Positions 49,083-61,510 of a stretch of 64,000 nucleotides of DNA are shown piece after piece. The DNA is from an uncultured beta proteobacterium (GTDB taxonomy: Bacteria > Pseudomonadota > Gammaproteobacteria > Burkholderiales > Burkholderiaceae_C): positions 3,844-67,843 of the forward strand of contig CAVPUD010000060.1 in assembly GCA_963708545.1 (NCBI GenBank), read 5' to 3'. The first letter of the stretch is position 1. Every line of letters starts with the position of its first letter. A program made the translations under genes and the position numbers. The notes beneath the pieces are model-generated. The model searched no databases, was not told where the DNA came from, and saw only the letters and a list, made by a program, of their open reading frames with translations.

Positions 49083-50948
49083 CTATAGCGGCGGCGCGTC
49101 GAGCCAGCGCCCTAGCGCCGCACCGTCGGCCACGCTGAGGCGGAAGGTGTCGGGTGGCACGCCTGCGCCGCTGCCAGCACCTTCGGGCAGCGCCAGCGGC
49201 AGGCGCAGCAGGCGCCCGTCGCGCGCGACCAGGGCCGTGAGCTCGCGCGCGGCGCCGGCCAGCAGCGGCAGCTCGTCCAGCCGCGCGAGGCGCCAGCCCT
49301 GGCCCGCCGCCTCCACGCCCAGCCATTCGTCACCCGCCGCCATGCCCGCCCGCTCGGCCGCGCCGTGGCGCAGCACGGTCTTGATGTGCACGCTATGGTT
49401 TTCATTGATACGCAGGCCCAGGCGCTGGGCGATCTGGGGCGTTTCGGCCTGCATGCGCACGCCGTGCGCGGCGAGCAGTTCGGCCAGCGGCAGCTCGTCG
49501 GTGCCGTGCACCCAGGCGTCGAGCTCGGGCGCGAACGAGCGCCCGCCGAGCTCGGCGAGCACCGCGCGCAGGTCTTCCTCGCGCATGGGGCCGCCCGCGC
49601 AGCGCTGCCACAGCGCGCGCAGCACGGCGTCTAGCGTGCTGCGGCCTTCGCGGCGCAGCGTGAGGTCCAGGCACAGCGCCACGAGCGCGCCCTTGGTGTA
49701 GTAGCTCACCGTGGCGTTGGGCGTGTTCTCGTCGGGGCGGTAATACTTGACCCAGGCGTCGAAGCTCGCCTGCGCCACGCTCTGCACACAGCGCCCTGGC
49801 GCCTGCGTCACTTGGTGGATGGTTTGCGTGAGCTGCTTGAGGTAGGCCGCGTCGTCGATCAGGCCCGCGCGGCGCAGCAGCAGCTCGTCGTAATAGCTCG
49901 TGAAGCCCTCGAAGAACCACAGCAGTTCGGTGTAGTTCTCGCGGTCGTAGTCGTAGCGCGCAAACTCCGCGGGGCGCAGGCGCTTGACGTTCCAGGTGTG
50001 GAAGTATTCGTGGCTGATGAGGCCCAAAAGGCGCGTGTAGTCCTCGCCGGGCTTGGCGGCCTGGTCGGCCTGGGTGGCCGGCGCGGCCAGGGCGTCGCTG
50101 CGGCGCGGCAGCTCGCGCCGCTTGCACACCAGCGCGGTGCTGTGGCGGTGCTCCAGCCCGCCGTAGCCCTCGTGCATGGCGTGCAGCATGAAGAGGTAGT
50201 GCGCATGCGGCGGCGCGGCGTCGCCGTGCCACAGGCGGATCGCCGCTGCGCAGATTTTTTGCGTGTCGGCCAACAGGCGTTCGCCGTCGAACGAGGGCGC
50301 GGCGCCGCTCACCACGAAGCGGTGCGGCACGCCGCAGGCAGTGAATGCACCGCTCCAGAAATTGCCCATTTCCACCGGGCTGTCCACAAGCTCGTCGTAG
50401 TCGGCCGCGCGGTACACGCCAAAGCCTGCGGCATCGACCTGCACCGCGGTGAGCGCCGTGGCCAGGCACCAGTCGGGCGGGGCGGCCGCGCGCTGCACCT
50501 CGAGCGTGTGCGCCGCCGCCTCCTGCCCCACGACGCGCAGGCACAGGCTGGTGCCGTTGAAAAAGCCGCGCGCCGCGTCCAGCCAAGCCGCGCGCACCGA
50601 CGGATCGTAGGCGCAGACCTCATAGCGCAGCGTGAGCGGCGCGCCGCTGCGGCACGCGGCGCGCCAGCGGTGCTTGTCGAGCTGCGTGAGCGGCACGGGC
50701 GCGTCGCCCTGCTGCGCCTGCAGACGCTGCAGGTTCTTGGAAAACTCGCGCACCAGATAGCTGCCCGGGATCCACACCGGCAGCGCGAATTCCTGCGCCG
50801 CCTGCGGCGCGGCCACGGTGAGCGTGACCGCGAACAGGTGCGCGTGCAGGTCGGCTGGCGCAATGCAGTAGTGGACGGCGGCGCTGGCGGCGTTGGTGCC
50901 GGGAGCAGCGGGAGCAGTAGCGGTGGGTATGTCGGGCATCTCGGGCAT
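49083..50948 (-). CDS. M61 family glycyl aminopeptidase with PDZ domain
   Basis: [13 protein letters not shown] (HEXXH), [16 protein letters not shown]. Confidence 0.93.
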   Translation of the reverse strand: MPEMPDIPTATAPAAPGTNAASAAVHYCIAPADLHAHLFAVTLTVAAPQAAQEFALPVWIPGSYLVREFSKNLQRLQAQQGDAPVPLTQLDKHRWRAACRSGAPLTLRYEVCAYDPSVRAAWLDAARGFFNGTSLCLRVVGQEAAAHTLEVQRAAAPPDWCLATALTAVQVDAAGFGVYRAADYDELVDSPVEMGNFWSGAFTACGVPHRFVVSGAAPSFDGERLLADTQKICAAAIRLWHGDAAPPHAHYLFMLHAMHEGYGGLEHRHSTALVCKRRELPRRSDALAAPATQADQAAKPGEDYTRLLGLISHEYFHTWNVKRLRPAEFARYDYDRENYTELLWFFEGFTSYYDELLLRRAGLIDDAAYLKQLTQTIHQVTQAPGRCVQSVAQASFDAWVKYYRPDENTPNATVSYYTKGALVALCLDLTLRREGRSTLDAVLRALWQRCAGGPMREEDLRAVLAELGGRSFAPELDAWVHGTDELPLAELLAAHGVRMQAETPQIAQRLGLRINENHSVHIKTVLRHGAAERAGMAAGDEWLGVEAAGQGWRLARLDELPLLAGAARELTALVARDGRLLRLPLALPEGAGSGAGVPPDTFRLSVADGAALGRWLDAPPL

Positions 50949-50963
50949 GTGCGCGGGGCAGAC

Positions 50964-51684
50964 TCAGCGGGTGATGGCAGGGGGTTCCGCCAGGCGCTTT
51001 TCTAGCTCGGCCACGCCGATGGCGCCGGGCACGCGCGCGCCGTTGGCAAAGATCAGCGTGGGTGTGCCGGTGATCTTGTATTTGCGCCCGAATGCGAGGT
51101 TGCGCTGCAGTGCGCTGGTGTCGCAGCTCGCCGCGGGGGCGGGTTTGTCGCGCAGCATCTGGTCCAGCCAGGCCGCGGCGCGATCCTTGGCGCACCAGAA
51201 TGTTGCGCGATTTTTCGGCTGAGTCGGGGCTCAGGATGGGGTAGAGGAACAGATACGCCGTGACGTTGTCCACGCCCTGCAGGTCACGCTCGAAGCGCTT
51301 GCAGTAGCCGCAGTTCGGGTCTGCGAACACCGCGAGCTTGCGCTTGCCATTGCCGCGCACGATGGGGATCGCGTCCTTGATCGGCAGCGCGGCAAAGTCC
51401 ACCGCCGTGAGCTGGCGGATGCGGTCTTCGGTGAGGTTGCGCCGCGCCTGCGTGTCGATGAGCTCGCCCTGGATCAGGTAGTTGCCCTTGGCGTCGCTGT
51501 AAAACAGGTCGGTGCCCACGCGCACCTCGTACAGCCCCGGCATGGGCGTGGCGCGCACTTCGTCGATTTTTTCGAGCTGCGGAATGCGCTCGGCCAGGTT
51601 TTTGCGGATCGTCGCTTCCTGGGCCTGGGCCGCGAAGCTCAGGGCCAGCGCGGCGCCGGCCAGCAAGGCAGAAAAAGGGTGCAT
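50964..51684 (-). pseudogene. dsbC: DsbC thiol:disulfide isomerase with +1 frameshift near 51199
   Basis: N-terminal frame has DPNCGYCK; AAC ATT C TGG TGC carries one extra base before WCAKDR; the C-terminal frame continues ...ITGTPTL (track ORF 50964-51158). Confidence 0.85.
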
Positions 51685-51700
51685 GGTGGGGATTCGCGGA

Positions 51701-51754
51701 AGTATTGAAATAGGAGCTATTCAGGCAGACTGCACGGCGCCTATGGCCTGTTTT
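51701..51754 (-). repeat. 54-bp dispersed motif copy overlapping the UbiH-family gene 3' end
   Basis: Reverse complement aaaacaggc-cataggcgccgtgcag-tctgcctgaat-a-gctcc tatttca atact. Confidence 0.7.
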
Positions 51755-52875
51755 GCCACCAAAGCCTTGAGCGGGCCGCTGTGCTCGAAGCCGCGCAGCC
51801 CCAGGTTGCGCAGCAGCTGCACGGGAGCTTCACGGCGCGCAAACAGCTGCTGCAGGCCGTCGGTGGCGAGCAGCATGGGCAGCAGGGCGGCCTTGCGCTC
51901 GCGCTCGTAGCGGCGAAGCAGGCGCAAGTCGCCCACGCTGCGCCAGTAGTCGCGCTCGTGCAGCACGCGCGCGAGCGCCTGCACGTCGCCCAGGCCAAGG
52001 TTCAGCCCGTGGCCCGACAAGGGGTGCACGTTGTGCGCGGCGTCGCCCGCGAGCACCCAGCTGCGCGCGCCGGCCGCGGGGGATGCCGCCGCATCGGGCA
52101 TGGAGCCGCACCACTGGCGCGCCTGCGCGAGCTGCAGCGGCCAGGCCACGCGCTCGCCACGCAGTTGCAGCGCGCCCAGTGCGCCCTGGCTGGCCGTTTC
52201 GAGCTGTTGCACGAAGTCCTCGGGCGCGAGCGCGAGCAGCTGCGGCGCCAACTCTTGCGGCACCGACCACACCACCGCCACGGCGTGCCCGTGCGCGCCT
52301 TCGAGCGGCAAAAAGGCCAGGATGCTGCCGTCGGGCAAAAACCATTGCAGCGCGGTCTGCGCGTGCGGGTGCTCGCAGTGCAGCCGCGTGGCGATCGCGT
52401 GCTGCCCGTAGGGCGTGACCTCGAACTCCACACCGAACTCCGCGCGCGTGCGGCTCGCGCGGCCTTCGCAGACCACGGTGAGCGCCGCGGGCTGGGGCTC
52501 GGCCAGCACCTCGACCTGCGGCTGGTAGCGCACGGCCTCGGCCAGGCGCGCCTCGAGCGCGGGCACGTCGACGATCCAGGTCAGCGCCTCGGCGCCGAGT
52601 TCGGCGGCGTCGAAATGCAGCTGCGCACCCTGGTCGCCATAGACTTGCATGCACGTGACGGCGGTCGCGTGCTCTGTGTCGGGCCAGGCGCGCACGCCTT
52701 CGAGCAACTGCCGCGCCGCCGCGTTCAGTGCATAAGCACGCACGTCGGGCGCAGCGCCTTCGGGTGGCGGCGCCGCGACCAGCGCCACGCGCAACCGCTC
52801 GCGCGCGAGCAACAAAGCCAGGGTACGCCCCACGATCCCGGCCCCACGGATACAAATGTCATAGGTTTGCGCCAT
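51721..52875 (-). CDS. UbiH/UbiI/Coq6-family FAD-dependent monooxygenase
   Basis: ICIRGAGIVG, LAGDAAHNVHPLSGHGLNLG. Confidence 0.92.
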   Translation of the reverse strand: MAQTYDICIRGAGIVGRTLALLLARERLRVALVAAPPPEGAAPDVRAYALNAAARQLLEGVRAWPDTEHATAVTCMQVYGDQGAQLHFDAAELGAEALTWIVDVPALEARLAEAVRYQPQVEVLAEPQPAALTVVCEGRASRTRAEFGVEFEVTPYGQHAIATRLHCEHPHAQTALQWFLPDGSILAFLPLEGAHGHAVAVVWSVPQELAPQLLALAPEDFVQQLETASQGALGALQLRGERVAWPLQLAQARQWCGSMPDAAASPAAGARSWVLAGDAAHNVHPLSGHGLNLGLGDVQALARVLHERDYWRSVGDLRLLRRYERERKAALLPMLLATDGLQQLFARREAPVQLLRNLGLRGFEHSGPLKALVAKQAIGAVQSA

Positions 52876-53033
52876 GGCCGGCATTGTAGGAGCGCGCTTC
52901 GTACCCACGTTGCGCGCAGGCAGCACGCAAACTTGGTACGAGCCGAAGTTCAGCCCCGGTTGTCCATCCAAGTTGTTCAAAAGGCCGCCTCGTAAAATCA
53001 AACGTTCATCTTGCGAACCCAGAAAGCCCTGTC

Positions 53034-54128
53034 ATGAGCCTCCAATGCGGCATCGTGGGCCTGCCCAACGTGGGCAAGTCCACCCTCTTCAACGCCCTCA
53101 CCAAGGCCGGCATCGCCGCCGAAAACTATCCTTTTTGTACCATCGAGCCCAATACCGGCGTGGTCGAAGTGCCCGATCCGCGCCTGCAGCAATTGGCCGA
53201 GATCATCCACCCCGAGCGCGTCGTGCCGGCCATCGTCGAGTTCGTGGACATTGCGGGCCTCGTCGCCGGCGCGAGCCAGGGCGAGGGCCTGGGCAACCAG
53301 TTCCTCGCGCACATCCGCGAGACCGACGCCATCATCAACGTGGTGCGTTGCTTCGAAGACCCGAACGTGATCCACGTGGCCGGCAAGGTCGATCCGATCG
53401 CCGACATCGAAGTGATCCAGACCGAGCTGTGCCTGGCCGACCTCGGCACCGTCGAAAAAGCCCTGCAGCGCAGCACCAAGGCCGCCAAGAGCGGCAACGA
53501 CAAGGAAGCCGCGGCCCTGGTGCAGCTGCTCACCAAGGTGCAGGCCACGCTCGACGAGGGCCAGCCCGTGCGCACGCTCGCGCTCAGCGATGCCGAGCGC
53601 GCCCTGCTCAAGCCCCTGTGCCTGATCACCGCCAAGCCGGCGATGTTCGTAGGCAACGTCAGCGAAGACGGCTTCGAGAACAACCCGCTGCTCGAGCGCC
53701 TCAAGGACTACGCCGCGCGCCAGAACGCCCCCGTGGTGGCCATCTGCGCCAAGATCGAGGCCGAACTCGCCGAAATGGACGAGGCCGACCGGCTCGAATT
53801 CCTCAAGGAGCTGGGCCAGGACGAACCCGGCCTGAACCGCCTGATCCGCGCCGCCTACCAGCTGCTGGGCCTGCAGACCTACTTCACCGCCGGCGTCAAG
53901 GAAGTGCGCGCCTGGACCATCCACATCGGCGACACCGCCCCCAAAGCCGCCGGCGTGATCCACGGCGACTTCGAGCGCGGCTTCATCCGCGCCCAGACCA
54001 TCGCCTTCGACGACTTCATCGCCTACAAGGGGGAACAGGGCGCGAAAGAAGCCGGCAAGATGCGCGCCGAGGGCAAGGATTACGTGGTCAAGGATGGGGA
54101 TGTGATGAACTTTTTGTTCAACGTCTGA
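53034..54128 (+). CDS. ychF: Redox-regulated ATPase YchF
   Basis: [37 protein letters not shown]. Confidence 0.98.
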   Translation: MSLQCGIVGLPNVGKSTLFNALTKAGIAAENYPFCTIEPNTGVVEVPDPRLQQLAEIIHPERVVPAIVEFVDIAGLVAGASQGEGLGNQFLAHIRETDAIINVVRCFEDPNVIHVAGKVDPIADIEVIQTELCLADLGTVEKALQRSTKAAKSGNDKEAAALVQLLTKVQATLDEGQPVRTLALSDAERALLKPLCLITAKPAMFVGNVSEDGFENNPLLERLKDYAARQNAPVVAICAKIEAELAEMDEADRLEFLKELGQDEPGLNRLIRAAYQLLGLQTYFTAGVKEVRAWTIHIGDTAPKAAGVIHGDFERGFIRAQTIAFDDFIAYKGEQGAKEAGKMRAEGKDYVVKDGDVMNFLFNV

Positions 54129-54326
54129 CCGCAGCCTGCAAGCTGACGAGCGGCCTCAGTGCTGGCCAGCGCAGTGGCGTAGCGGCGGTAGTGCGGAGGG
54201 GCGGTAGTGCGGAGGGGCAGGCGGTCGTTTGAGCGGGCTGTTTCGGATGCAGGCAAAAATTCGCGTTGCGGCACAATCGGGCGCTCGGCGCGCATGCGCG
54301 TCCGCCTCATATCAAGGTAAAGCAAC

Positions 54327-54854
54327 ATGGCATCCGTGAACAAAGTCATCCTCGTCGGCAACCTGGGCCGCGACCCCGAAATGCGCTCCTTTCCGAACGG
54401 CGATCAGCTGGCCAACGTCACCATCGCCACGACGGACAAGTGGCGCGACAAGCAAAGTGGCGAAATGCGTGAAGCCACTGAGTGGCACCGCGTGGTCTTC
54501 ACCGGGCGCCTGGCCGAAGTCGTGGGTCAATACCTGCGCAAAGGCTCGCAGGTCTATGTGGAAGGCTCCTTGCGCACGCGCAAATGGACGGATCAGTCGG
54601 GCGTGGAGCGCTACAGCACCGAGATCCGCGCCGACCAGATGCAAATGCTGGGCAGCCGCCAGGGCATGGGCGGCCAGGGTGCCTCGCAGGGCGGCTACGA
54701 CGAAGGCGGCAGCTACGACGCTGCACCGCGCCGCGCCAGCCCACCGCCAGCCCGCCCGGCAGCGCGCCCCGCGGCCCCCGCACCCGCTGCAGCGTCGCCC
54801 GTCGCGCCCGCCTCGTCGGGCTTCGATGACATGGACGACGACATTCCGTTCTGA
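54327..54854 (+). CDS. ssb: Single-stranded DNA-binding protein
   Basis: [18 protein letters not shown] ... DDMDDDIPF. Confidence 0.98.
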   Translation: MASVNKVILVGNLGRDPEMRSFPNGDQLANVTIATTDKWRDKQSGEMREATEWHRVVFTGRLAEVVGQYLRKGSQVYVEGSLRTRKWTDQSGVERYSTEIRADQMQMLGSRQGMGGQGASQGGYDEGGSYDAAPRRASPPPARPAARPAAPAPAAASPVAPASSGFDDMDDDIPF

Positions 54855-54889
54855 ATGCCTGAAAACTGCGGGCGAGCCGCCGCGCCGGT

Positions 54890-56221
54890 TCAGCTTTCCT
54901 GCACCACCACCTCGCCGCGCAGCGTGTAGGTCTTGGCCTCGGTGATGCGCACGTCCACCATCTGCCCGACGAGGCGCGCCGGCCCCGGGAAGTTGACCAC
55001 GCGGTTGCATTCGGTGCGGCCCATGAGTTCGCGCGCGTCGCGTTTGGCGTGGCCTTCGACGAGCACGCGCTGCACCGTGCCGACGCGGTTCGCGCTGATG
55101 CTCTGAATGTGCGCGTTGATCGTGGCCTGCAGCTCTTGCAGGCGGCGCAGTTTGACCTCCTGCGGCGTGTCGTCGTGCAGGCTGGCCGCGGGCGTGCCGG
55201 GGCGCGGGCTGAAGATGAAGCTGAAGCTGTTGTCGAAGTGCAGCTCCTGCACGAGGCGCATGAGGCGCGCGAAGTCTTCCTCGGTCTCGCCCGGAAAGCC
55301 GACGATGAAGTCGCTGGCGAGCGCCAGCCCGGGGCGGATCGCGCGCAGCTTGCGCACCGTGCTCTTGTATTCCATAGCGGTGTAGCCGCGCTTCATGGCC
55401 ATGAGGATGCGGTCGCTGCCGTGCTGCACGGGCAGGTGCAGGTGGCTCACGAGTTGGGGGATGCGCGCGTAGGCCTCGATCAGCCGCGGCGTGAACTCGT
55501 TGGGGTGGCTGGTGGTGTAGCGGATGCGCTCTATGCCGGGAATGTCGGCCACGTATTCGAGCAGCAGGGCAAAGTCCGCGATCTCGGCGCTGCCGCCCAT
55601 CGCGCCGCGGTAGGCGTTCACGTTCTGGCCCAGCAGCGTGACCTCCTTCACGCCCTGGTCGGCCAAGCCTGCGACCTCGACGAGCACGTCGTCGAGCGGG
55701 CGCGAGACTTCCTCGCCGCGCGTGTACGGCACGACGCAATAGCTGCAGTATTTGCTGCAGCCCTCCATGATCGAGACGAAGGCGCTCGCGCCCTCCACGT
55801 GCGCGGGCGGCAGGTGGTCGAACTTTTCGATCTCGGGAAAGCTGATGTCCACCTGCGGGCGGTTTTGGCGCTCTCGTTGTACGAGCAGCTCAGGCAGGCG
55901 GTGCAAGGTCTGTGGGCCGAAAACAATGTCAACGTACGGGGCGCGTGCGATGATCTCCTCGCCCTCCTGGCTGGCCACGCAGCCGCCCACGCCGATCTGC
56001 ACGCCGCGCGCCTTGAGGTGCTTGACGCGGCCCAGGTCGCTGAACACCTTTTCCTGCGCTTTTTCGCGCACCGAGCAGGTGTTGAACAGGATCAGGTCGG
56101 CCTCTTCGGGCTCCTGCGTGGGCTCGTAGCCTGCGGCGGCGTGCAGCACGTCGAGCATCTTGTCCGAGTCGTACTCGTTCATCTGGCAGCCGAAGGTTTT
56201 GATGAAGACTTTTTTGGGCAT
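54890..56221 (-). CDS. miaB: tRNA-2-methylthio-N6-dimethylallyladenosine synthase
   Basis: [21 protein letters not shown] radical SAM motif, TRAM domain. Confidence 0.97.
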   Translation of the reverse strand: MPKKVFIKTFGCQMNEYDSDKMLDVLHAAAGYEPTQEPEEADLILFNTCSVREKAQEKVFSDLGRVKHLKARGVQIGVGGCVASQEGEEIIARAPYVDIVFGPQTLHRLPELLVQRERQNRPQVDISFPEIEKFDHLPPAHVEGASAFVSIMEGCSKYCSYCVVPYTRGEEVSRPLDDVLVEVAGLADQGVKEVTLLGQNVNAYRGAMGGSAEIADFALLLEYVADIPGIERIRYTTSHPNEFTPRLIEAYARIPQLVSHLHLPVQHGSDRILMAMKRGYTAMEYKSTVRKLRAIRPGLALASDFIVGFPGETEEDFARLMRLVQELHFDNSFSFIFSPRPGTPAASLHDDTPQEVKLRRLQELQATINAHIQSISANRVGTVQRVLVEGHAKRDARELMGRTECNRVVNFPGPARLVGQMVDVRITEAKTYTLRGEVVVQES

Positions 56222-56330
56222 GGCGAATCGGGAATCGGGGATCGGGGGGGAAACGAAAAACGGCAAACGGCGCCCACATGGGGCGCTGCTGCAGGCACAT
56301 CGGCGGCACGGCGCGATGTCCAGAATTTTT

Positions 56331-56726
56331 TTATTTGGCGGTGGCCGGGCGCGGCTGCGCGGCCTCGGCTTCGGTCAGTATCCAGGCCGTGAGCAGCATG
56401 CCCGTGGAGGGCTCGATCACGTAATTGACCTTGAAGCTTTGCCCGATCACGGTGTGCAGCATGACCAAGCTGTTTTGCGGGCTGAAAAGGCGCATGCCCG
56501 GCGCCATGCGAATGGCGCGGCCGTTGAGCTCGGCATCAACGGTGCTCATGATGCTGAGCTTGCCGCGCAGCGCGGCCTCGGGGAAATTGCGCACGTTGCC
56601 AAGGCCGGGCGGAACCTGCTGCGCCAAAACCGGCTGCGCCGCCAAGGCCGCGGCGAGCGCAAGCGCCAGGCCCCACACGCCAAGGCGCGAACCAGAAAGA
56701 CGGCGGGAAAAATCACAGCGTTGCAT
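56331..56726 (-). CDS. Conserved hypothetical exported protein
   Basis: Signal-peptide-like start, [27 protein letters not shown]. Confidence 0.75.
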   Translation of the reverse strand: MQRCDFSRRLSGSRLGVWGLALALAAALAAQPVLAQQVPPGLGNVRNFPEAALRGKLSIMSTVDAELNGRAIRMAPGMRLFSPQNSLVMLHTVIGQSFKVNYVIEPSTGMLLTAWILTEAEAAQPRPATAK

Positions 56727-56919
56727 GGTGTTTATCCAGTGGCTGAAGGCGCGCATTGTAGTTGCCGCCGCTGTGCACCTGCGACAATCGCAGGGTGCGC
56801 CGGCTGTTCACTGTCGAACGTCCGGCGCCGTTTGTTTTGTCAGAGGCTGGCCTCATGTGAGAAAAAAGCGGCAGCCGCCGCGCCGGCCCCATCAACATGC
56901 CTCAAGAAAGGAACCCCAC

Positions 56920-57270
56920 ATGCAAGTGCAAGTCCACACCGACGACAAAATCCATGGCGGCGAATCGCTGGCCCAATGGGCGCAGAGCGAGCTGCAAGAC
57001 CGGCTCGCGCGCTTTCGCGAGCACCTGACGCGCGTGGAAGTCTTCCTCACGGACGAAAACAACATCAAAGGCGGCGCCGACAAGCGCTGCCGCCTCGAGG
57101 CGCGCGTGGCTGGACGCGCACCCGTGGCCGTGACGGCCGAGGCCGAGAAAGTGGCCGAGGCGCTGACCAAGGCTGCAGACAAGCTGATCCACGCGCTCGA
57201 CTCTGACCTGGGCCGCGCCAAGGACAAGCACGGCCACGACACCATCCGCACGCAAGGCGCGGGCGAGTGA
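56920..57270 (+). CDS. HPF/RaiA-family ribosome-associated protein
   Basis: MQVQVHTD...LTRVEVFLTDEN...DKRCRLEAR; RBS AAGGA upstream. Confidence 0.88.
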   Translation: MQVQVHTDDKIHGGESLAQWAQSELQDRLARFREHLTRVEVFLTDENNIKGGADKRCRLEARVAGRAPVAVTAEAEKVAEALTKAADKLIHALDSDLGRAKDKHGHDTIRTQGAGE

Positions 57271-57286
57271 CGTAAGCGAGTGACGT

Positions 57287-57320
57287 AAAAAGCCCACCCG
57301 TGCAGGCGCAGCGGGTGGGC
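57287..57320 (-). terminator. Probable intrinsic terminator of gap
   Basis: GCCCACCCG/CGGGTGGGC 9-bp stem followed by a T run on the minus strand. Confidence 0.6.
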
Positions 57321-57342
57321 GCATCGGCTTATCAGCCCTCAT

Positions 57343-57374
57343 AAGCGCCGGCAGTGAACAGCCGGCGCTTTTTC
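57343..57374 (+). terminator. Probable intrinsic terminator of the HPF gene
   Basis: AAGCGCCGGC-N8-GCCGGCGCTT-TTT. Confidence 0.7.
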
Positions 57375-57390
57375 AGGATTCTCTGGCGGA

Positions 57391-58437
<1,047 letters not shown>

Positions 58438-60576
58438 CTACTTGCGCTTGTTTTTGCTCTTGTTTTTGTCTTTGGCCTTGTGCTTGCCGTGGCCCTTGTC
58501 ATGGCCTTTGCCGTGTGCTTCGTCAGCGCCCGCGAGCACGGTCTGCACGATGGCTGCGAGGTTCTCCGCGGTGAAGCCAAAGTGCTGCAGCAGCGCCGGC
58601 GCAGGGGCCGATTCGCCAAAACGGTCGAGCCCGAGCACGGCGGCGCAGCCGTACTTCCACCAGCCGTCGGTCACGCCCATCTCCACTGCGACGCGCGGGA
58701 TGCCGGCCGGCAGCACGGACAGTTTGTAGTCCATCGGTTCACGGTCAAAAACGGTGGTGCTGGGCATGGATACGACGCGCACAGCTATTTTTTTGGATGC
58801 AAGCAGTTGCTGCGCCGCGAGCGCGAGCTGCACTTCGGAGCCGGTCGCGATCAGCACGGCCTGCGGCGGTTGCTTGAGCCCCGCGTCCGCCGGCTCGCTG
58901 AGCACGTAGGCGCCGCGGCGGATGTCTTCCAGATTGCGCTTGGGCGCGTACGCGAGGTTCTGGCGCGACAGCAGCAGCGCCGTGGGCCGGTCATCCTGGG
59001 CCAGCGCCGCGCCCCAGGCCACGGCGGTCTCGGCCGTGTCGGCGGGGCGCCAGACTTCCAGGCGCGGGATCAGGCGCAGGCTGGCCGCATGCTCCACGGG
59101 CTGGTGCGTGGGGCCGTCTTCGCCCAGGCCTATGGAGTCGTGCGTGAACACGTGGATCACGCGCTGGTGCATCAGCGCGGCCATGCGCACGGCGTTGCGG
59201 CTGTAGTCGCTGAAGGTCAAGAAAGTGCCGCCGTAGGGGATGTAGCCGCCATGCAGCGCGATGCCGTTCATGATCGCGGCCATGCCGAACTCGCGCACGC
59301 CGTAGTTGATGTGGCGCCCACCGAGGGTGCGGCCGCCCGGCAGCGTGGTCAGCACCATCTGGCCTTGCGCGTCGAAGCGCAGGTTGGGCGTGTGGCTAGT
59401 GTTGGTGAGGTTCGAGCCCGTGAGGTCGGCGCTGCCGCCGAGCAGCTCGGGCAGCGCGGCAGTGAAGGCCTCGAGCACGATCTGGCTGGCCTTGCGCGTG
59501 GCCACGGTCTCGGCCTTGGCGTGCAGCGCGGCGACGGTGCCCTGCAGCAGCTCGGCAAAGTGCGCCGGCAGCTCGCCGTGCATGCGGCGCGTGAACTCGG
59601 CCGCAAGCTCGGGGTACGCGGCGCGGTAGGCGGCAAAGTGCTGGGCCCACTGGGCCTCGGCGGCCTGGCCGCGCTGCTTCGCGTCCCAGTGGGCATACAC
59701 GTCCGCTGGGATCGTGAAGGGCGGATAGTCCCAGCCGAGCGCCGCGCGCGTTTGCGCGATCTCGTCGGCGCCCAGCGGCTCGCCGTGTGCCTTGGCGGTG
59801 TTGGCGCGGTTGGGCGAGCCCTTGCCGATGTGCGTCTTGCAGATGATGAGCGTGGGCTGCAGCGACTGCGCGCGCGCCTGCGCGATGGCCGCGGCCACCT
59901 GCGCCACGTCGTGCCCATCGACGGGGCCGAGCACGTTCCAGCCGCAGGCGGCAAAGCGCTGCGCCGTGTCGTCGATGAACCAGGGCGTGACCTCGCCGTC
60001 GATGCTGATGCCGTTGTCGTCGTAGAGCGCGATCAGCTTGCCCAGCTTCCAGGCGCCGGCCAGCGCCACGGCCTCGTGGCTGATGCCTTCCATCATGCAG
60101 CCGTCGCCCAGGAAGGCGTAGGTGTGGTGATCGACCACGCGGTGCCCCGGACGGTTGAACTCGGCCGCGAGCAGCTTTTCGGCCAGCGCCATGCCCACGG
60201 CGTTGGCGATGCCCTGGCCCAGCGGACCCGTGGTGGTCTCCACGCCCGGCGTCACGTCCACCTCGGGGTGGCCCGGCGTCTTGCTGTGCAGCTGGCGGAA
60301 TTTTTTGATTTCCTCCAGCGGCAAGTCGTAACCCGTGAGGTGCAGCAGCGCATACAGCAGCATGGAGGCGTGGCCGTTGCTGAGCACGAAGCGGTCGCGG
60401 TCGAACCAGCGCGGATTGGCCGGGTTGTGGCGCAGGTGCTCGCCCCACAAGGCCACGGCCATCTCGGCCATGCCCATGGGCGCGCCCGGGTGGCCCGAGT
60501 TGGCTTGCTGTACGGCATCCATGGCCAAGGCGCGGATCGCGTTCGCCATGCGTTGTTGTTCTGGGGAGTTGGCCAT
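58438..60576 (-). CDS. tkt: Transketolase with His/Lys-rich C-terminal tail
   Basis: [44 protein letters not shown]. Confidence 0.97.
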   Translation of the reverse strand: MANSPEQQRMANAIRALAMDAVQQANSGHPGAPMGMAEMAVALWGEHLRHNPANPRWFDRDRFVLSNGHASMLLYALLHLTGYDLPLEEIKKFRQLHSKTPGHPEVDVTPGVETTTGPLGQGIANAVGMALAEKLLAAEFNRPGHRVVDHHTYAFLGDGCMMEGISHEAVALAGAWKLGKLIALYDDNGISIDGEVTPWFIDDTAQRFAACGWNVLGPVDGHDVAQVAAAIAQARAQSLQPTLIICKTHIGKGSPNRANTAKAHGEPLGADEIAQTRAALGWDYPPFTIPADVYAHWDAKQRGQAAEAQWAQHFAAYRAAYPELAAEFTRRMHGELPAHFAELLQGTVAALHAKAETVATRKASQIVLEAFTAALPELLGGSADLTGSNLTNTSHTPNLRFDAQGQMVLTTLPGGRTLGGRHINYGVREFGMAAIMNGIALHGGYIPYGGTFLTFSDYSRNAVRMAALMHQRVIHVFTHDSIGLGEDGPTHQPVEHAASLRLIPRLEVWRPADTAETAVAWGAALAQDDRPTALLLSRQNLAYAPKRNLEDIRRGAYVLSEPADAGLKQPPQAVLIATGSEVQLALAAQQLLASKKIAVRVVSMPSTTVFDREPMDYKLSVLPAGIPRVAVEMGVTDGWWKYGCAAVLGLDRFGESAPAPALLQHFGFTAENLAAIVQTVLAGADEAHGKGHDKGHGKHKAKDKNKSKNKRK
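58747..58800 (+). repeat. 54-bp dispersed motif copy inside tkt (antisense)
   Basis: aaaaacggt-ggtgctgggcatggat-acgacgcgcac-a-gctat ttttttg gatgc; tkt codons GCA TCC AAA AAA ATA GCT. Confidence 0.6.
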
Positions 60577-60751
60577 GGGAAGAGGGGCTCCAAAGGAGGC
60601 AAAAGTCGAGGAAAGCGCCCGATTTTACCGACGCGCCTTGGTAGCCCCTGCGCGGCCTCCTGCGGCAGGCGCGCCGCAGTGGGTGATGCGCTGGCAGACG
60701 GGAGCGTTTTTGGCGCGAAAAACGTGTTTACGACTTTTCATGGTGCCTGCC

Positions 60752-60796
60752 TTGACGGTACAGATGGCCAAAGGATAATGTAGTGTCCAGCACTAC
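60752..60796 (+). promoter_or_regulatory. Sigma70 promoter and operator of the phd-vapC module
   Basis: TTGACG-N16-GATAAT followed by inverted repeat GTAGTG-N5-CACTAC. Confidence 0.6.
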
Positions 60797-60808
60797 CTAG
60801 AGCGTCGC

Positions 60809-61045
60809 ATGAAAACCATCTCTGCCGCCGATGCCAATCGCCACTTCTCCAGCGTGCTGCGCGATGTCGCCACCGGCGAGGTCGTCACGATATTGTCGCG
60901 TGGCAAAGCCGTGGCAACCATTGCGCCCGCGCGCGCTGGCAGCGCAGAACGCGAAGCCGCCAAACGCAACTTGCTCACACGCTTGCGCCAGCAAAAACCC
61001 TGTGGCACGCGCGACTGGACGCGCGAGGAACTGTACGAGGGCTGA
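60809..61045 (+). CDS. Phd/YefM-family antitoxin
   Basis: MKTISAADANRHFSSVLRDVATGEVVTILSRGKAVATI...WTREELY. Confidence 0.9.
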   Translation: MKTISAADANRHFSSVLRDVATGEVVTILSRGKAVATIAPARAGSAEREAAKRNLLTRLRQQKPCGTRDWTREELYEG

Positions 61046-61048
61046 TCC

Positions 61049-61510
61049 GTGCGGCTCGCTCTTGACACCAACATCCTGACCTATGCCGAAGGGCTGGGTG
61101 ATGAGCCGCGTTGCGCCATGGCGGTGCAACTCGTCGAGCAACTGCCCAGCGATGCCGTGGTGCTCCCCGCACAGGCGCTGGGAGAGCTGGCGCGCGTGCT
61201 GACGGGCAAAGCCAGGCGCTCTAACGCGCAGGCGCGCGAGGCCGTACTGGCTTGGGCCGACAGCTTTACGGTAGCGGACTCCACTTGGTTCGCCTTCCAG
61301 TCCGCGCTGGATTTGACCGTCGACCACCAGCTACCGCTGTGGGACGCCTTGATTCTCGCGGTCGCGGCCGAGAACCACTGCCGCTTGCTGCTGTCGGAAG
61401 ACTTCCAGAATGGCTTCACGTGGCGCGGCGTGACCGTCGTCAACCCGTTTGTCCTGCCGCATGCGCCGCTGCTGACGGGCTTGATGCGCAGCGCGAGCCG
61501 CAGTGGCTAG
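61049..61510 (+). CDS. PIN-domain (VapC-like) toxin
   Basis: LDTNIL, LGE, WDALI..A, LLSEDF acidic PIN residues; GTG start. Confidence 0.92.
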   Translation: MRLALDTNILTYAEGLGDEPRCAMAVQLVEQLPSDAVVLPAQALGELARVLTGKARRSNAQAREAVLAWADSFTVADSTWFAFQSALDLTVDHQLPLWDALILAVAAENHCRLLLSEDFQNGFTWRGVTVVNPFVLPHAPLLTGLMRSASRSG

